From contig NC_045712.1 in the NCBI RefSeq assembly GCF_009834535.1, positions 24,986,001 to 25,050,000 on the forward strand: 64,000 bases of DNA, in the 5' to 3' direction. Of the stretch, positions 20,852 through 35,990 are shown piece by piece (position 1 is the first letter of the stretch; each line of letters starts with the position of its first letter). Made by a program: the position numbers and the translations under genes. The DNA comes from Camelus ferus (lineage: Eukaryota). The notes beneath the pieces are model-generated. The model did no database searches. It saw nothing but the letters and a program-made list of their open reading frames with translations, and was not told where the DNA came from.

Positions 20852-20866
20852 GGCGCCATCTGGTGG
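20852..20866 (-). promoter_or_regulatory. CTCF-type motif between NPRL2 and ZMYND10
   Basis: Reverse complement reads CCACCAGATGGCGCC, a close match to the CTCF core consensus. Confidence 0.6.
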
Positions 20867-20899
20867 GCAGGACCGACAATGGACAAGTAAAAGTGCCAG

Positions 20900-21250
20900 C
20901 TAATTACAAACTGAAAGAAACAATCAGGAAGCTGTGATGAAGAGTGAGTTGGGATGGCTGCTGGGGCTGCTCTGGATTAGATGGGCAAGGAAGGCCTAGC
21001 TGAGCTGACTTAAACTGAACCCTGAAGGAGAAGGAGTATTCCAGGCAGAAGTAACAAGCGCAAAAGCCCTGAAGCAAAAGGCTCCTTGGGATGTACGTGG
21101 AAGCCAAGGGAGGCCCATGGGGCTGGAACTTAGGAGTCAAGTGGGAGTGGGGCAAGAAACGAAGTCCTGAGGTAGGAGAAGGTCAAGAGCCTGATACTGC
21201 AGAGTTGCCGGTAAGCTGCTTTGGACACAGTATTTTGATTTTGAGGGCCA
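20900..21250 (-). mobile_element. L2 fragment
   Basis: GAGTATTCCAGGCAGAAGTAACAAGCGCAAAAGCCCTGAAG, typical of antisense L2. Confidence 0.55.
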
Positions 21251-21677
21251 GAGGCAGCCAGATTCACCCTCATGCGAGGGAATAATGTCTCACGTACACC
21301 TTTAAAGACTTCTGCTACTCAGCAAAGTCAAGGCCACGGTAGTTACCTTATGAGAGGTAATGGCAGCCTGGAATAGGATGAAGAGAAGTGAGCCCTGAGC
21401 GGTATTTCGCGAGTGGAGCCAACAAGGTGGAGCTGGGAGCGAGGAGACCACGGAGAGGCGCATCAGTGTGGGCTGAGAGGGAGCAGCTACAGGAAGAGTT
21501 GGTGGGGGTCAGACCGACTTGACGTCCATCGGAGGAGGGAGCCTAGGCCACAAGAGTCTAGAATTAAGGGAGACCCGTGAGCCACAGCCGGTTGTGAGGG
21601 AGAAAGCCCCAGAAGTCCAGGGAGGGTTGCTACCTGCCGTCTGGCCGTTCCGGGCGCTGCGCCGGCGGCCGCCAGGG

Positions 21678-25623
<3,946 letters not shown>

Positions 25624-25906
25624 CGGCTGCAGCTGCTGAGGGCCAACCACCCATGCTATACAACCTACTAGAGTGTGCCCTGAACCTCTGGATCTCAGCC
25701 TGGCCTCTGCAAGCGCCCCAGTCTCCCAGGTGGTGAACACAGCAGGCGGGTAGAGCTGCTGACCCATCTTCCCCAGCAAAGCACTCCCCGCTTCCTGCCC
25801 CACCCGGCGGGTAGGCTTAGGACGCAGCCTCAGCAAGCTAGGGCAGGCGGCCTGGGCGGGGGGCGAGGGCCGAGGGCCGGATGTGGGGACCCTCTTCCTC
25901 TAGTAC

Positions 25907-25917
25907 AGTAAAGTAAA
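25907..25917 (+). terminator. Candidate weak ZMYND10 polyadenylation signal (overlapping AGTAAA x2)
   Basis: I see no AATAAA or ATTAAA between the stop (25623) and the RASSF1A ATG (26251); AGTAAAGTAAA is the only variant noticed. Confidence 0.45.
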
Positions 25918-25960
25918 GCTGGCTTCCAGAAACACGACTGTTTCCGCGTGGCCCTTTGCG

Positions 25961-25984
25961 GTCGTCGTCGTCGTCGTCGTCGTC
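25961..25984 (+). repeat. (GTC)8 microsatellite in the RASSF1A promoter
   Basis: Read directly from the sequence. Confidence 0.95.
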
Positions 25985-26250
25985 AGGGGGAGGGGAGTTG
26001 CTGGCGGGTTGAAGGGAGGATAGGAAATGGAGGGCGGGGACTCCGCGAGAGCAGCGCATCGCCGCCCCACTCCGCCTGCGGGCCGACACAGCCCAGGCGC
26101 CCAGGTTTCCATTGCGCTGCTCCCCTCGGCTCTCTCCCGCCGCTCTGCCTGAGTCCGGGGGCGGTGCCGCATAGGGGACCGCCCCGCAGCCCCGCCCGCC
26201 CCGCGCTCGCTCGCGCCCAGAGCCGGCCCGAGACCCGGCCCGACCGGGCC

Positions 26251-29200
26251 ATGTCCGCTGAACCTGAGCTCATTGAGCTGCGGGAACTGGTACCCGCGCG
26301 GTGCGCCACCCCGGGCCGTACCCGGCTGGAGCGTGCCAACGCGCTGCGCATCGCACCGGGCACAGCGCGCAACCCCGCAAGGCAGCTGGTCCCGGGCCGC
26401 GGCCACCGCTTCCAGCCTGCGGGGCCCGCCACGCACACGTGGTGCGACCTCTGTGGCGACTTCATCTGGGGCGTCGTGCGCAAGGGCCTGCAGTGCGCAC
26501 GTGAGTAGCGGTCCCTTGCGCTGGCGAGAGCGAAACGGGTGGCCAAGGGGCAGCACCTTCTCTGTGGGCCAAGTTGCGACGGAGAGGGTTTGACGGGGAC
26601 GGTCCCTGTGGACCAGGACAGTTATCTTTGCCCCATAGCAGAAGAGAGTTCGGGCAGATGGTTTATAAGCTTGTCAAGCTCCCCCTGCGTTTGAGACATA
26701 GTTAGGCAGAGGAAGTTACCTGTGAATAACAAGGTGCTTAATTTCGAGTTTAAAGAGTGTGTTGGCCCTTCTTGAGAAAGTCTTTGTGCCACCCAGTCCC
26801 TGAGTTCGTATTCCCACACCTGCCCCTTCCCAAAGAGTCACTCCCCAAGTCCCCCTCCAGAAACCCTGGGATGAAGGGAATTTACCCACCTACGGGAGAA
26901 GGCATGGAAAAGTTAGAACCTTGGGTGGGCCCACTGCAAGCAGTTTTGTTGCGTCTTCACTTAGTAAATACCTACTGTAGGTTCAGTCAACGAGGTGCTA
27001 AAAGATGAAACACAGCCACTACCCTCCCAGGACTCACCAGCAAGCAGAAGTTGATCTTCCACTGGCTATACACCAGCTAGAATCACTTGGGATGCTTTTA
27101 CAGCCCTCCAACTCCCCCGTGCTTATACCCTAACTCACACCTGTTGAATCAATCACTGGGAGTGTATCAGTAATTTTTATAAACAGATTATTCTGTGCAG
27201 CCTGTGTTGAGAATCAATGCTCTGGTTAATTTAGGAACTTTATGGAGAACAGTAGTGATTTTTGCTGAGATAAGGAACTCTGGCAAGGGCAGGGGTGAGG
27301 AAAACTAAGTTTAAAAGGGTAAGAAAGTGAGTTAAATTTTGGCCATGTTGGGTTGAAATGTCTACTAGACATCCAAACAAAGATACTAATACACAGGATT
27401 TGATCTGAGGGGAGAGGTCAGTGATGAAAGCCTTGGATCAGGGGTAGGTCAGTGTACACAGAGCAGGGAGGCAATCAGGACTGAGCCTCAGAGACACCAC
27501 CATTAGACGTGGAAGTTGAAACAGAACTAAAGGAGCTGAGCAGGAGTTGCAGGGAGGTGGGAGGAAGACCAGGATAGAAGGGGCCCCCCAGGAACCAAGA
27601 GGAACAAGCATCAGATGATGCTGAGGAAGTGAAGATGGAGATTTGGCAGTGGGCAGGTCGCTGAGGACCCTGACCAGGGCAGTCTCCTGGAGGGAGGGGC
27701 AGGCCTGATTGGAATGAGTAGAGGGTGAAGGCGAGGGACTGAGAGGTAATTTTCTGGTGTGAGAGGAGTAGAGACAAATAACAACTAGAGCGGGGCATTG
27801 GGTTACAAGGTTTCTTTTCCCCCTTCAAGTAAATGGGCGGAGGGAGGGGCGCTGATAAAGAGGAAGGGGAAAGTTCTGCCCTCGACTCCAGAAATCCAAC
27901 TGTTTAGCAGGCTTGGATCCCTAACCGCCTGAAGCCTTCTCGCCAGTTTGCACACGCCGGTGGCGGGTGGGGGGTGGTGTACCAACACTAAAATCTGTGT
28001 AGCGGTGGGCGGTAACGGGGCCTGAGATAATACCGGTCATGCAGAGCATTATGGGCAACGGCCTTCACCCCTGGGCTATCCCCGGGACGCTTTTCCGTTT
28101 CTTCCCCGCTGTCCCCGGGGTTCCTCCGCCTCACAGCCAGGCTTCTCTGCAGATTGCAAGTTCACCTGCCACTACCGTTGCCGCGCGCTCGTCTGCCTAG
28201 ACTGCTGCGGGCCCCGGGACCTGGGATGGGAACCTGCGCTGGAGAGGGACACGAACGTGGTGAGCGCGGGACCTGGGAGCTTACGGGCAAGGCAGGAACG
28301 CGCAGACGAGCGGGTCACTTTGCAGGCGTTCCCTATGGCCTCTTGGCGTTACGCGCAATAAACGTTCTTATAGCCGACTTTCCCGCGACAGAGAATGGCT
28401 AATTCTGCGCGCGGGCTCGAAGGGGTGCTTGGGGTACTGACTGCGCGGACTGCCCAGAGCCACCCAGGCTCCGCGCAAGCGCAATTTTCGCACCTTCTAA
28501 CAGCCTGTCTTGGGGCCACGGTGGTGCACATGCGCACACGTTGCGACTTGTTCCCCGTGGGAGGTGGGGCCCGCGAGGCGGAGCCAAGTTTAGCTGCCTG
28601 AGCGATGAGATCATTCCTTGAGGCGAGGCGTGCGTGTGGCCCCGCCCTTCGACATTCCTCTTCCAATGAGACAAGAGCTAGATCCTGGCTGTCTACATTT
28701 CAGTGTTAACGGTTGCGGCGCGGACACTGGTTCCGGCGTTCGCGCACACTTACACGCGCGCGCACGCGCATACGCGCCTGGGGCGGTGGTTGGAGGCTAC
28801 GCGCGCGCGGGACTTGCGGAGCTGGCGGGCAGGCGGGCGCGGCGATGGGCGAGGCGGACGCGGGGACGCCTTCTTTCGAGATGACCTGGAGCAGCACAAC
28901 AAGCAGTGGCTACTGCAGCCAGGAGGACTCCGACTCAGAGCTCGAGCAGTACTTCACCGCGCGTACCTCGCTGGCGCGCAGGCCGCGCCGGGACCAGGTG
29001 GGGGCCGGGGATTGCGGGAGGCAGGCTAGGGGCGGTCGCTGGGACCCCGCCCCTCCCTGGTAAGTTTCGGCGTCGAGAGTTTGTAAGCAACCCTGCTCTC
29101 CCGTCAGCGTGGATCCTGGACCCAACCCGGGCCAGTCCTCGGAACCGTGTGTTGGGCTTTCAGCGCGTGGGTACTGGCTGCTGAGGCCTTTCAGTTTCTG

Positions 29201-32200
29201 TCACAGACCGGTTGAACTAGGGGAGGCAGCTCAGTGGCTTGGGGTAGACCAGGGTATTATTCACCTATTACTAAGGCTGACTGCTCAGTCTGGAGTAACA
29301 CCTCGATTTCCGCGTGTGGGTGCTCCCAGCCCCCACTCTGGAGGACCAGGAGGAAGTGGAGCGGGAGGAGTTCTAGCCCGGAATAGAGAAGTGTGTTTAG
29401 GAGAGAGGCAAAGGAAGGTCCGGGCCCCTCCATATGCACTCCTGAATGGAGCCAGCTGAGTCCTCACCTCTTGCCGGTCCTGGCCTGTCACCAGCTGCTG
29501 GAATGGAGAAGATTCTGATCCCGATTCCCCCGACCCCCACCCTGAGGGAAACTGGAATGCTGGCTTGGGCAACACATATACTAAAATTAGAGCGGACCTG
29601 GAGAAAGGGGATTTGGGAATGGATGGGAAGGAAGCCTTGTTTTGGACTGTAAGCATCCAGGAGCACTTTGTCTACAAGAGGTGGGGAAGGCTAGATTGTA
29701 AAATGCCCTGAGAGAGGTCAAGAGAAGGGTTACTAATGCAGTACCATAAGGTATGGCACTAGAGCAGCTGTAGGTCTCAGAGTCTCCCAGGTGTCCCCAT
29801 TATCAAAGACTTCTGTGCTGTGTGCCATGACTGTGACCACCAGGCTCAAATAACTGTTCTGGAGCTGGTACACCTCAGAGGAGCACCCTGGCCAGGGCAT
29901 CAGGAGAAGGATGGGGACCATGAAGTGAAGTTCAGTATATCTGGCAGCAGTGGGACAGAATTCCTTGCATAAGCCAAGAAAAGAGAGTTGTGGATAATTC
30001 TTCAGTGAAAATTTTATACCTCAAGATCTCACTCCAGAGTTTGGGTGCAAGGTTTGAATGTTGATCCCTGGGACTGTCTCTGTCACTCAGGCCTGAGCCA
30101 TTTTCCATTGTGGAAAAGTGAGAAAAGCACAAGACACTGACCAATTGAAAACGAGGCTGGGGAGTTCCAAGCTGTACATAAAAACCACCAGTCACTGTGG
30201 ACAGTGGCAGAGTAGAGGGGGGTGACTGTAGTACAAGAGAAGGGAAATTCCATGGTCCCGTTGTGTATCCCTCTGGGACCGCTGTTGGAATCCTCCTCCA
30301 GCAGTCAGCTTTAGAAACAGAAAAAAACTTACTCCTCTAGAATCCTGACAGCATAGTGCAGTGTCTCCAGTCCAAGTCCCTTGTTTTATGAGTAAAGATA
30401 CTGAGGGAGGTTGACCTGGAGAAGGAAGGGGCTGGAACTGAGGTCACTTCATCCCAGTTCAGGGCTCCTGGATAACCTGAACAGGGAAGAGGAAGGACCC
30501 AGGTAGAGCTTAGAGTCATCCTAGGGAAGGAGAATAATTTAGTGCCATGCCTTTGATCACCCTGTTCTGTAAATAGAATTCTCTTCCTTCTTGCTCCAGC
30601 TCTAGTCTGCTCAGCTTTCCTCCTAGCACCCCTCCCATCTTGGCATTTCTTCCCACGGGGTCACTCCTTCCTGTCCCTCTCCTTGGGCCTGAACAAATAC
30701 ATTTATCCTTTATTCCCAGCCTGCAGCCTTCGTTTTACCCCCCAGATTCCTCACTTTCCAGGGCCCACACTATTGTTCTTACTAGTCCTACAGGATTTCC
30801 CACTGTCTTCAACAAACTTTCTGCTGGAGTTTTCACTTCTCAGTGCTCTTTTCCGTCTAGGAGACCTTTGGAAGCTTGGGGAAGCACACAGGCTTCAATT
30901 TCCACCCCTCCCCCAGCCTCAATCCTCAGCACCATGCACTTGCTGGCTGCTGAGCAGCAGCAGGTTCAAGGTGAAGAGCATACTGCTAAAACGCTGTGGA
31001 CTCTACCTGACCCTTCATCTGTCCTTCTTATTTGTCCCCATCAGATGGTTTAAGCTTAGGGGGCTCCAATGCAGTAGTCAGGGAAAAGCCTCGCTGCCCT
31101 GGGCTGAGCTGAGCACAAGTTTAAGGTTATACTGCAGGAGACATTCTGCTGGGAACTCCCCTGGAACAAGGCATTGGTCAGTGGTGATCTCAGCTGTATC
31201 TGTGACATTCATACCTACTAGGACCTATCTGACGTCAACAGGAAGTAAGGCTGATGCAAAAGGACGAAGGGAGTTTGGCAGAAGGAAGTTAATTCAGAGC
31301 CCTGGCTGCCCTGGGCCATACTCCACCCTTCCGACAAGAATCCAGTCCCTGGAGGAAAAGGAGAAGGGCTGAATGGTGGAGCTAAAATCTTTGGGTTACA
31401 CCTCTAGACCGGGGATTGAGAGGGAGGGTATAGTTCAGTGGTAGAGCACATGGTTAGCATGCATGAGGTCCTGGGTTCAATCCCCTATACCTCCTTAATT
31501 AAAATAAATAAATAAGCCTAATTACCTCCCCCCCCCCAAAACAAAAAACAAACTAACTAACTCTAGACAGCAGGGAAGAGTTCCAAAAGTCTACTTATTT
31601 GGCACTTGTGGGACAGGCTCTACCAGAAGGCTCTACCACGCACCTCTGGCAGTTTGGAGCCTGGCCTGAAGCTGTTTTTTATGCAACTTGGGTCAAGATC
31701 AAATGGCATGTCACAGTGGTTTCCTCGCTATGTCTGAGGAACACAGGGCTGGCCCCAGGTCTCCCATCAGGAGTGTTAACATTGCAGAGATTGCCCTTCC
31801 CCTCCTGCCCGCTAGTAGCTGGGTTCCTGGTGTGCACCACTACCCATACTTCTCACCCTGCAGTGGGTTATGGCCAAGGCAGAGTGGCAAAGTGCACCGC
31901 CTTCTCCAGGACACACCTTGACCCCACCTGACTTGCATGCTGGGATCAAGCTGTCCCTCAGATTCCTACATCTTTTCCTGGTCCCTGACCTCATGCTTTC
32001 AGTTTCCTTGGTTTCAAGGTATCCTTAGGGCCTTCCCCAATGTTGAGGAGGATTCAGGCAGGCGGCAGAGAGAAGCCAAATGATTCTGCCTTGGCTGTGT
32101 CCACCCATAGCATGCAGAACCAGGAGCAGTGATGGATTCTTCTCATCAGGACTTGAACTTTGTTATCAGTTTCCAAAGGCTGCTCATAGGTGGTCCACCC

Positions 32201-33927
32201 AGGGCTCCCCTCCTTTCCTGTGACACACATTGCAGAGGAATGGGTTCCTTAAGGGTCCTGTGTCCATGCTGGTCCATCTTTCAGGATGAGCCTGTGGAGT
32301 GGGAGACTCCTGACCTTTCTCAGGCTGAGATTGAGCAGAAGATCAAGGAGTACAATGGCCAGATCAACAGCAACCTGTTCATGAGCCTGGTGAGTTGATA
32401 GCTTGTTTTGGAGAGAGCCAGGAACCCAGCTGTGTGCCTGGTGTGCAAAGGGTCACAGCTGAGGTGTTCCTGTGTGGGCCCAAACAGTGATTTATTCACA
32501 CTCAGCCTAGCCCTAAGTGGACTGGTAGTACTCAGATCTGTTCCATCTCACCTGGAACCTAGTCATGTTTTGGTTTCTCCTCTTTAGAACAAGGATGGCT
32601 CCTACACAGGCTTCATCAAGGTTCAACTGAAGCTGGTGCGCCCTGTCTCGGTTCCCTCCAGCAAGAAACCACCCTCCTTGCAGGATGCCCGGCGGGGCCC
32701 AGGGCGGGGCACAGCTGTGAAACGGCGCACTTCCTTCTACTTGCCCAAGGATGCTGTCAAGCACCTGCATGTGTTGTCACGCACGCGGGCACGCGAGGTC
32801 ATCGAGGCCCTGCTGCGCAAATTCTTGGTGGTGGATGACCCCCGCAAGTTTGCACTCTTTGAGCGGGCTGAGCGCCATGGCCAAGGTGGGCATCTCCCTA
32901 GCCCCACCATCATGTGTGAGGGTATATATGCACGTGCCTGTGCGCTCAGGGGCCAAGGGACTGCGCCTGACTCTATCACACATTCCCTTCCCCCCTTCTG
33001 GCCCTCAGTGTACCTGCGGAAGCTGTCAGATGATGAGCAGCCCCTGCGGCTCCGGCTCCTTGCAGGACCCAGTGAGAAGGCCCTCAGCTTTGTCCTGAAG
33101 GAGAATGACTCTGGGGAGGTGAACGTGAGTACATGGCCCTCTGTAGTTTCTTGGCAGGACTAGTGGGTTGCAGCTCTAGTAAGGTGTGAAGGAGGAATAG
33201 GGCTGAGGACAAGCCCCACAAAGCCTGTCCAAGAGTATGTGAGCCTTGTAGCTAAAGTGATGGCTTCCAGGACACTCATGCCAAGGTCTAGGGCTTGTCC
33301 CAAGAAGCCAGGAAGTATTGTCTTGGTGCTCTGCTCTTTCCTAATGTAGAAAGTCCTCAGGAGATGCAGGAGTCCGTCTGATGGTGGTGATCCCAGGGCA
33401 GATCAAAGCCTCACAGATGGGCACAGGAAGACATGGAGGTGCCCCCTTCAGGCATTAGGACTTTTTACCTGGAAGCTTTACAGCTCCAAGGTAGTGCGTC
33501 TGCAGAGTGGGGTTAACCTCAGAGAGAGTGGGCATGACCTGTCCACAGGTAACTAGTAAATGTTTGGTTTGGTTGCCTCTCCATAAGGTGACCACCCTAC
33601 TTTGTGGGGCCCATCTTCTATAGAATTGTTGTTGGGAGTCCTAATACAGACCATTCAGGCAAGAACCTGACATTAGAAAGCCCCATCTAGCTGTGTGACC
33701 ATGATGTGCTGGTCTCTAGGGAGGGCCTGCTGGCTTGGTGGTGCCTGCTGCAGACTGTGTCTCCCCCCTACCCCCTGCAGTGGGATGCTTTCAGCATGCC
33801 TGAACTACACAACTTCCTGCGCATCCTGCAGCGGGAAGAAGAGGAACACCTCCGCCAGATCCTGCAGAAGTACTCCTATTGCCGCCAGAAGATCCAAGAG
33901 GCCCTGCATGCCTGCCCCCTGGGGTGA
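26251..33927 (+). CDS. RASSF1: Ras association domain family member 1, isoform A, 340 aa
   Basis: Exons 26251-26500 (C1 domain, HTWCDLCGDFIWGVVRKGLQC), 28153-28259, 32285-32389 (ETPDLSQAE), 32588-32885 (RA domain), 33009-33124, 33781-33927 (SARAH domain); 1023 nt total. Confidence 0.97.
27060..27222. mobile_element. MER5-like hAT-Charlie remnant
   Basis: AGAATCACTTGGGATGCTTT...GAATCAATCACTGGG...TGAGAATCAATGCTCT; recognised by eye, degenerate. Confidence 0.5.
27240..27780 (-). mobile_element. L2 fragment in RASSF1 intron 1
   Basis: Purine-rich L2-like text (TTGGCCATGTTGGGTTGAAATGTCTACTAGACATCCAA; GACCCTGACCAGGGCAGT). Confidence 0.6.
27940..29200 (+). promoter_or_regulatory. RASSF1C internal CpG island / promoter
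   Basis: CpG-dense with GCGC runs (28755-28810) upstream of the ATG at 28845; boundaries by eye. Confidence 0.75.
28845..28997 (+). CDS. RASSF1: RASSF1C-specific first coding exon; splices to 32285 giving a 272-aa isoform
   Basis: MGEADAGTPSFEMTWSSTTSSGYCSQEDSDSELEQYFTARTSLARRPRRDQ followed by GT at 28998; lies in its own CpG island. Confidence 0.93.
31422..31552 (+). mobile_element. tRNA-derived SINE, camelid Vic-1 type
   Basis: GGGAGGGTATAGTTCAGTGG (A box)...GGTTCAATCCC (B box)...AAATAAATAAGCCTAATTACCTCCCCC and an A-rich tail; flanking repeat CTCTAGAC at 31402-31409 and 31561-31568 is a possible TSD. Family name from recall. Confidence 0.85.
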
Positions 33928-34703
33928 CCTCTTGTACCCCTGGGTGGAAGGAGGAAAGTAGGCAGCACCGAGGGCGTGCCGTGTGAGTGTGAGAAGGCCC
34001 ATGTGGCCTGAGGAATGAGTGTGCATGGAGGCCCTCTCTTGCTGGGGGAACAAGCCCACAGAACAGCGAAGGAGATGGCCCCCTGTGTCCACCAGTGGGT
34101 GTAGCAGAGCATGGCTCTGCACCCATCTGCGCTTCATGTACTGGGTCATGGTGGGCTAGGGTTGCCCTGGGACACTGCTCCAGGCTTGCAGCAGGAGTAG
34201 AACAGACAGAAGTCTCCTTAATTTGTGTCTCAGATATGAGAATTTTGGAGTCCCTACCAACAGAATAGGGTCATGTTTGCAGGGATGAGGGCTCTCATCT
34301 ATGGCGACAGGTTGTGTGTTTGGGGTCTTGGATGAGGTCTCAGGACGAGCCAAGGTTGGGTGTGCAACATAAGGCAGGTATCGAGGAAGAGTCTAGGGTT
34401 CCCTTTGCAGCACCCTCTGACTCCTCACACACCCTGTGGTCAGGGAGTGCTGGCTCATGGCGCAGCAGCAGTGCCTCAGTGCCTCCTCCAAGGAGGATGT
34501 CCCTGGGCCAGGGTCTGTATGAGTGTGGGTACTGGCCCAGGTCTGTGCCTTGTTTGCCAGTCAAAGCCAGGGTCTTGCCCTTGGGTATTTTTGATGATGT
34601 GTGCGGATGTATGTAGTATTTTGTGGCCTCAGCTGAATGCCTCCTGTGGGGAAGGGGGTGGGGGTGACAGTCATCAGGGCCTGGGGCCTGAGAGAATTGG
34701 CTG

Positions 34704-34709
34704 AATAAA
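34704..34709 (+). terminator. RASSF1 polyadenylation signal (AATAAA)
   Basis: First AATAAA after the stop, followed by a U-rich tract. Confidence 0.75.
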
Positions 34710-35299
34710 GATTTAAGAATTCTCCCGCTTTTGGATTCTTTATTATGGGACCTTATCTGCAGTTGCCCCTCATGCCAGTGGCTGCCAAGATTAATGGACA
34801 GGCTCATAGATCACCTTTTCAAGTGGGCCCACGGGACCAATTTGTGAAGGATGTGGTGTACAGATATGTACGGAGTCATCACTCAACACCTGCGGGCTCA
34901 GGTCATGATGGGGGCAAGAACATGAGCCGCAGCCAGAGCTTAGGGAAACCACACACGCGAAGCTGTGGGAGACGCTTCACCAACTAGAGATACTACTGTG
35001 ACTCAGACACTGCCAAAGGTACAGACGTTAATTCTTGCCTTCATGAAGAGTGGCTTCTGGTGGGTTTGGAAAGAACACTGAATTTGAAGTTCCTCAGTCC
35101 TGAACGTAGCTATACAACCATTGGCCGATTCCCTAATTCTCCTTACGTTCGGTTTCTTTTCCACTCGCAAAAACGGTGTGGGGGTAGAATGAAGCCAGAC
35201 GGGCACTGAGCTGCCTGGCCTGAGGTCAGGCCCTAAAGTGCTGATTTGGTGGCTGGGCAGGCCATCTGGACCTGACCACTAAGGATTGGGGACGTCGGA

Positions 35300-35990
35300 T
35301 CTGCAGTACACGCGGAAGGAGCCGGGAGGAGGGTACAGCCACCGCTTTCCTGGGTGGGGAGCAGCTCCAGCCGGACAGAGCGTGGCCTGCTGGGACCTGA
35401 CGTCTCTCAGGGCATGCTGGGATGCCTAGCATCTGAGGGCGGCTATTGGTTCAGCCCCGCAGACCGACGAGAGGAGCAGCCAATCAGAGGGGCAGCGTGC
35501 GGAGCGTTTGGAAGCGGAAGTGAGGTTTCCGTGGAGACAGCAGAGCCTGCGGAAGGCGGCGGCGGCACCTCAGAGCTGAGGCCCAGGCAGGGCATGGCGG
35601 CGCCGACGGCCCTGTGAGAGCGAAGAGGCCGCGGGGCTCACCATGCGCCGGCGACCCTGACATGGGCGCCAGCGGCTCCAAAGCTCGGGGGCTGTGGCCC
35701 TTCGCCTCGGCGGCGGGGGGCGGTGGCCCGGAGGCGGTGGTCGCTGAGCAAGCTTTGGTGCGACCGCGAGGCCGAGTCGTGCCCCCCTTCGTATTCACGC
35801 GCCGCGGGTAAGGGCGCGGGATTCCGCCCCGGGGAGGACAGACCGGGTGGCTGGGCGCCCCTCATCATGGGGAACTCCCGCCCCTCTACCCCCTACACCC
35901 GAGTCAGGACGACTCCCATATTTCAGGCCCTCATAGGAACAAGGAACGGGGAAAGGCGGGCAGTCGGTTCCTGGCGGCCTGGCTGCTGTC
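35300..35990 (+). promoter_or_regulatory. TUSC2 CpG-island promoter
   Basis: CCAAT near 35480, ETS GCGGAAGTG at 35514-35522, CpG-dense. Confidence 0.75.

Larger units (their letters stand above)
25780..26610 (+). promoter_or_regulatory. RASSF1A CpG island / promoter
   Basis: Very dense CpG and GC boxes upstream of and across the first exon; boundaries by eye. Confidence 0.8.

Noticed and set aside
25900-26556. Long antisense and alternative-frame ORFs over the RASSF1A island (also over the TUSC2, HYAL2, NAA80 and IFRD2 islands)
   Set aside because: Stop-codon scarcity in GC-rich DNA explains them; they are Arg/Ala/Pro/Gly-rich, often start at non-ATG codons and show no recognisable domain.
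27900-28700. Possible ortholog of the human RASSF1 antisense lncRNA
   Set aside because: No sequence feature supports a transcript; synteny alone is insufficient.
30683-31372. 229-aa intronic ORF in RASSF1
   Set aside because: Non-ATG start, no splice-consistent structure and no recognisable homology; treated as chance.
31422-31500. tRNA-like sequence with A and B boxes
   Set aside because: It continues into a SINE body and A-rich tail with a flanking repeat, and a second copy lies at 62479-62638; it is a SINE, not a tRNA gene.
32886-33008. RASSF1 intron of 123 nt that is in frame and stop-free; likewise CACNA2D2 intron 3709-3849 (141 nt)
   Set aside because: With dozens of short GC-rich introns in the window, a few open in-frame ones are expected by chance; splice sites are normal and there is no evidence of retention.
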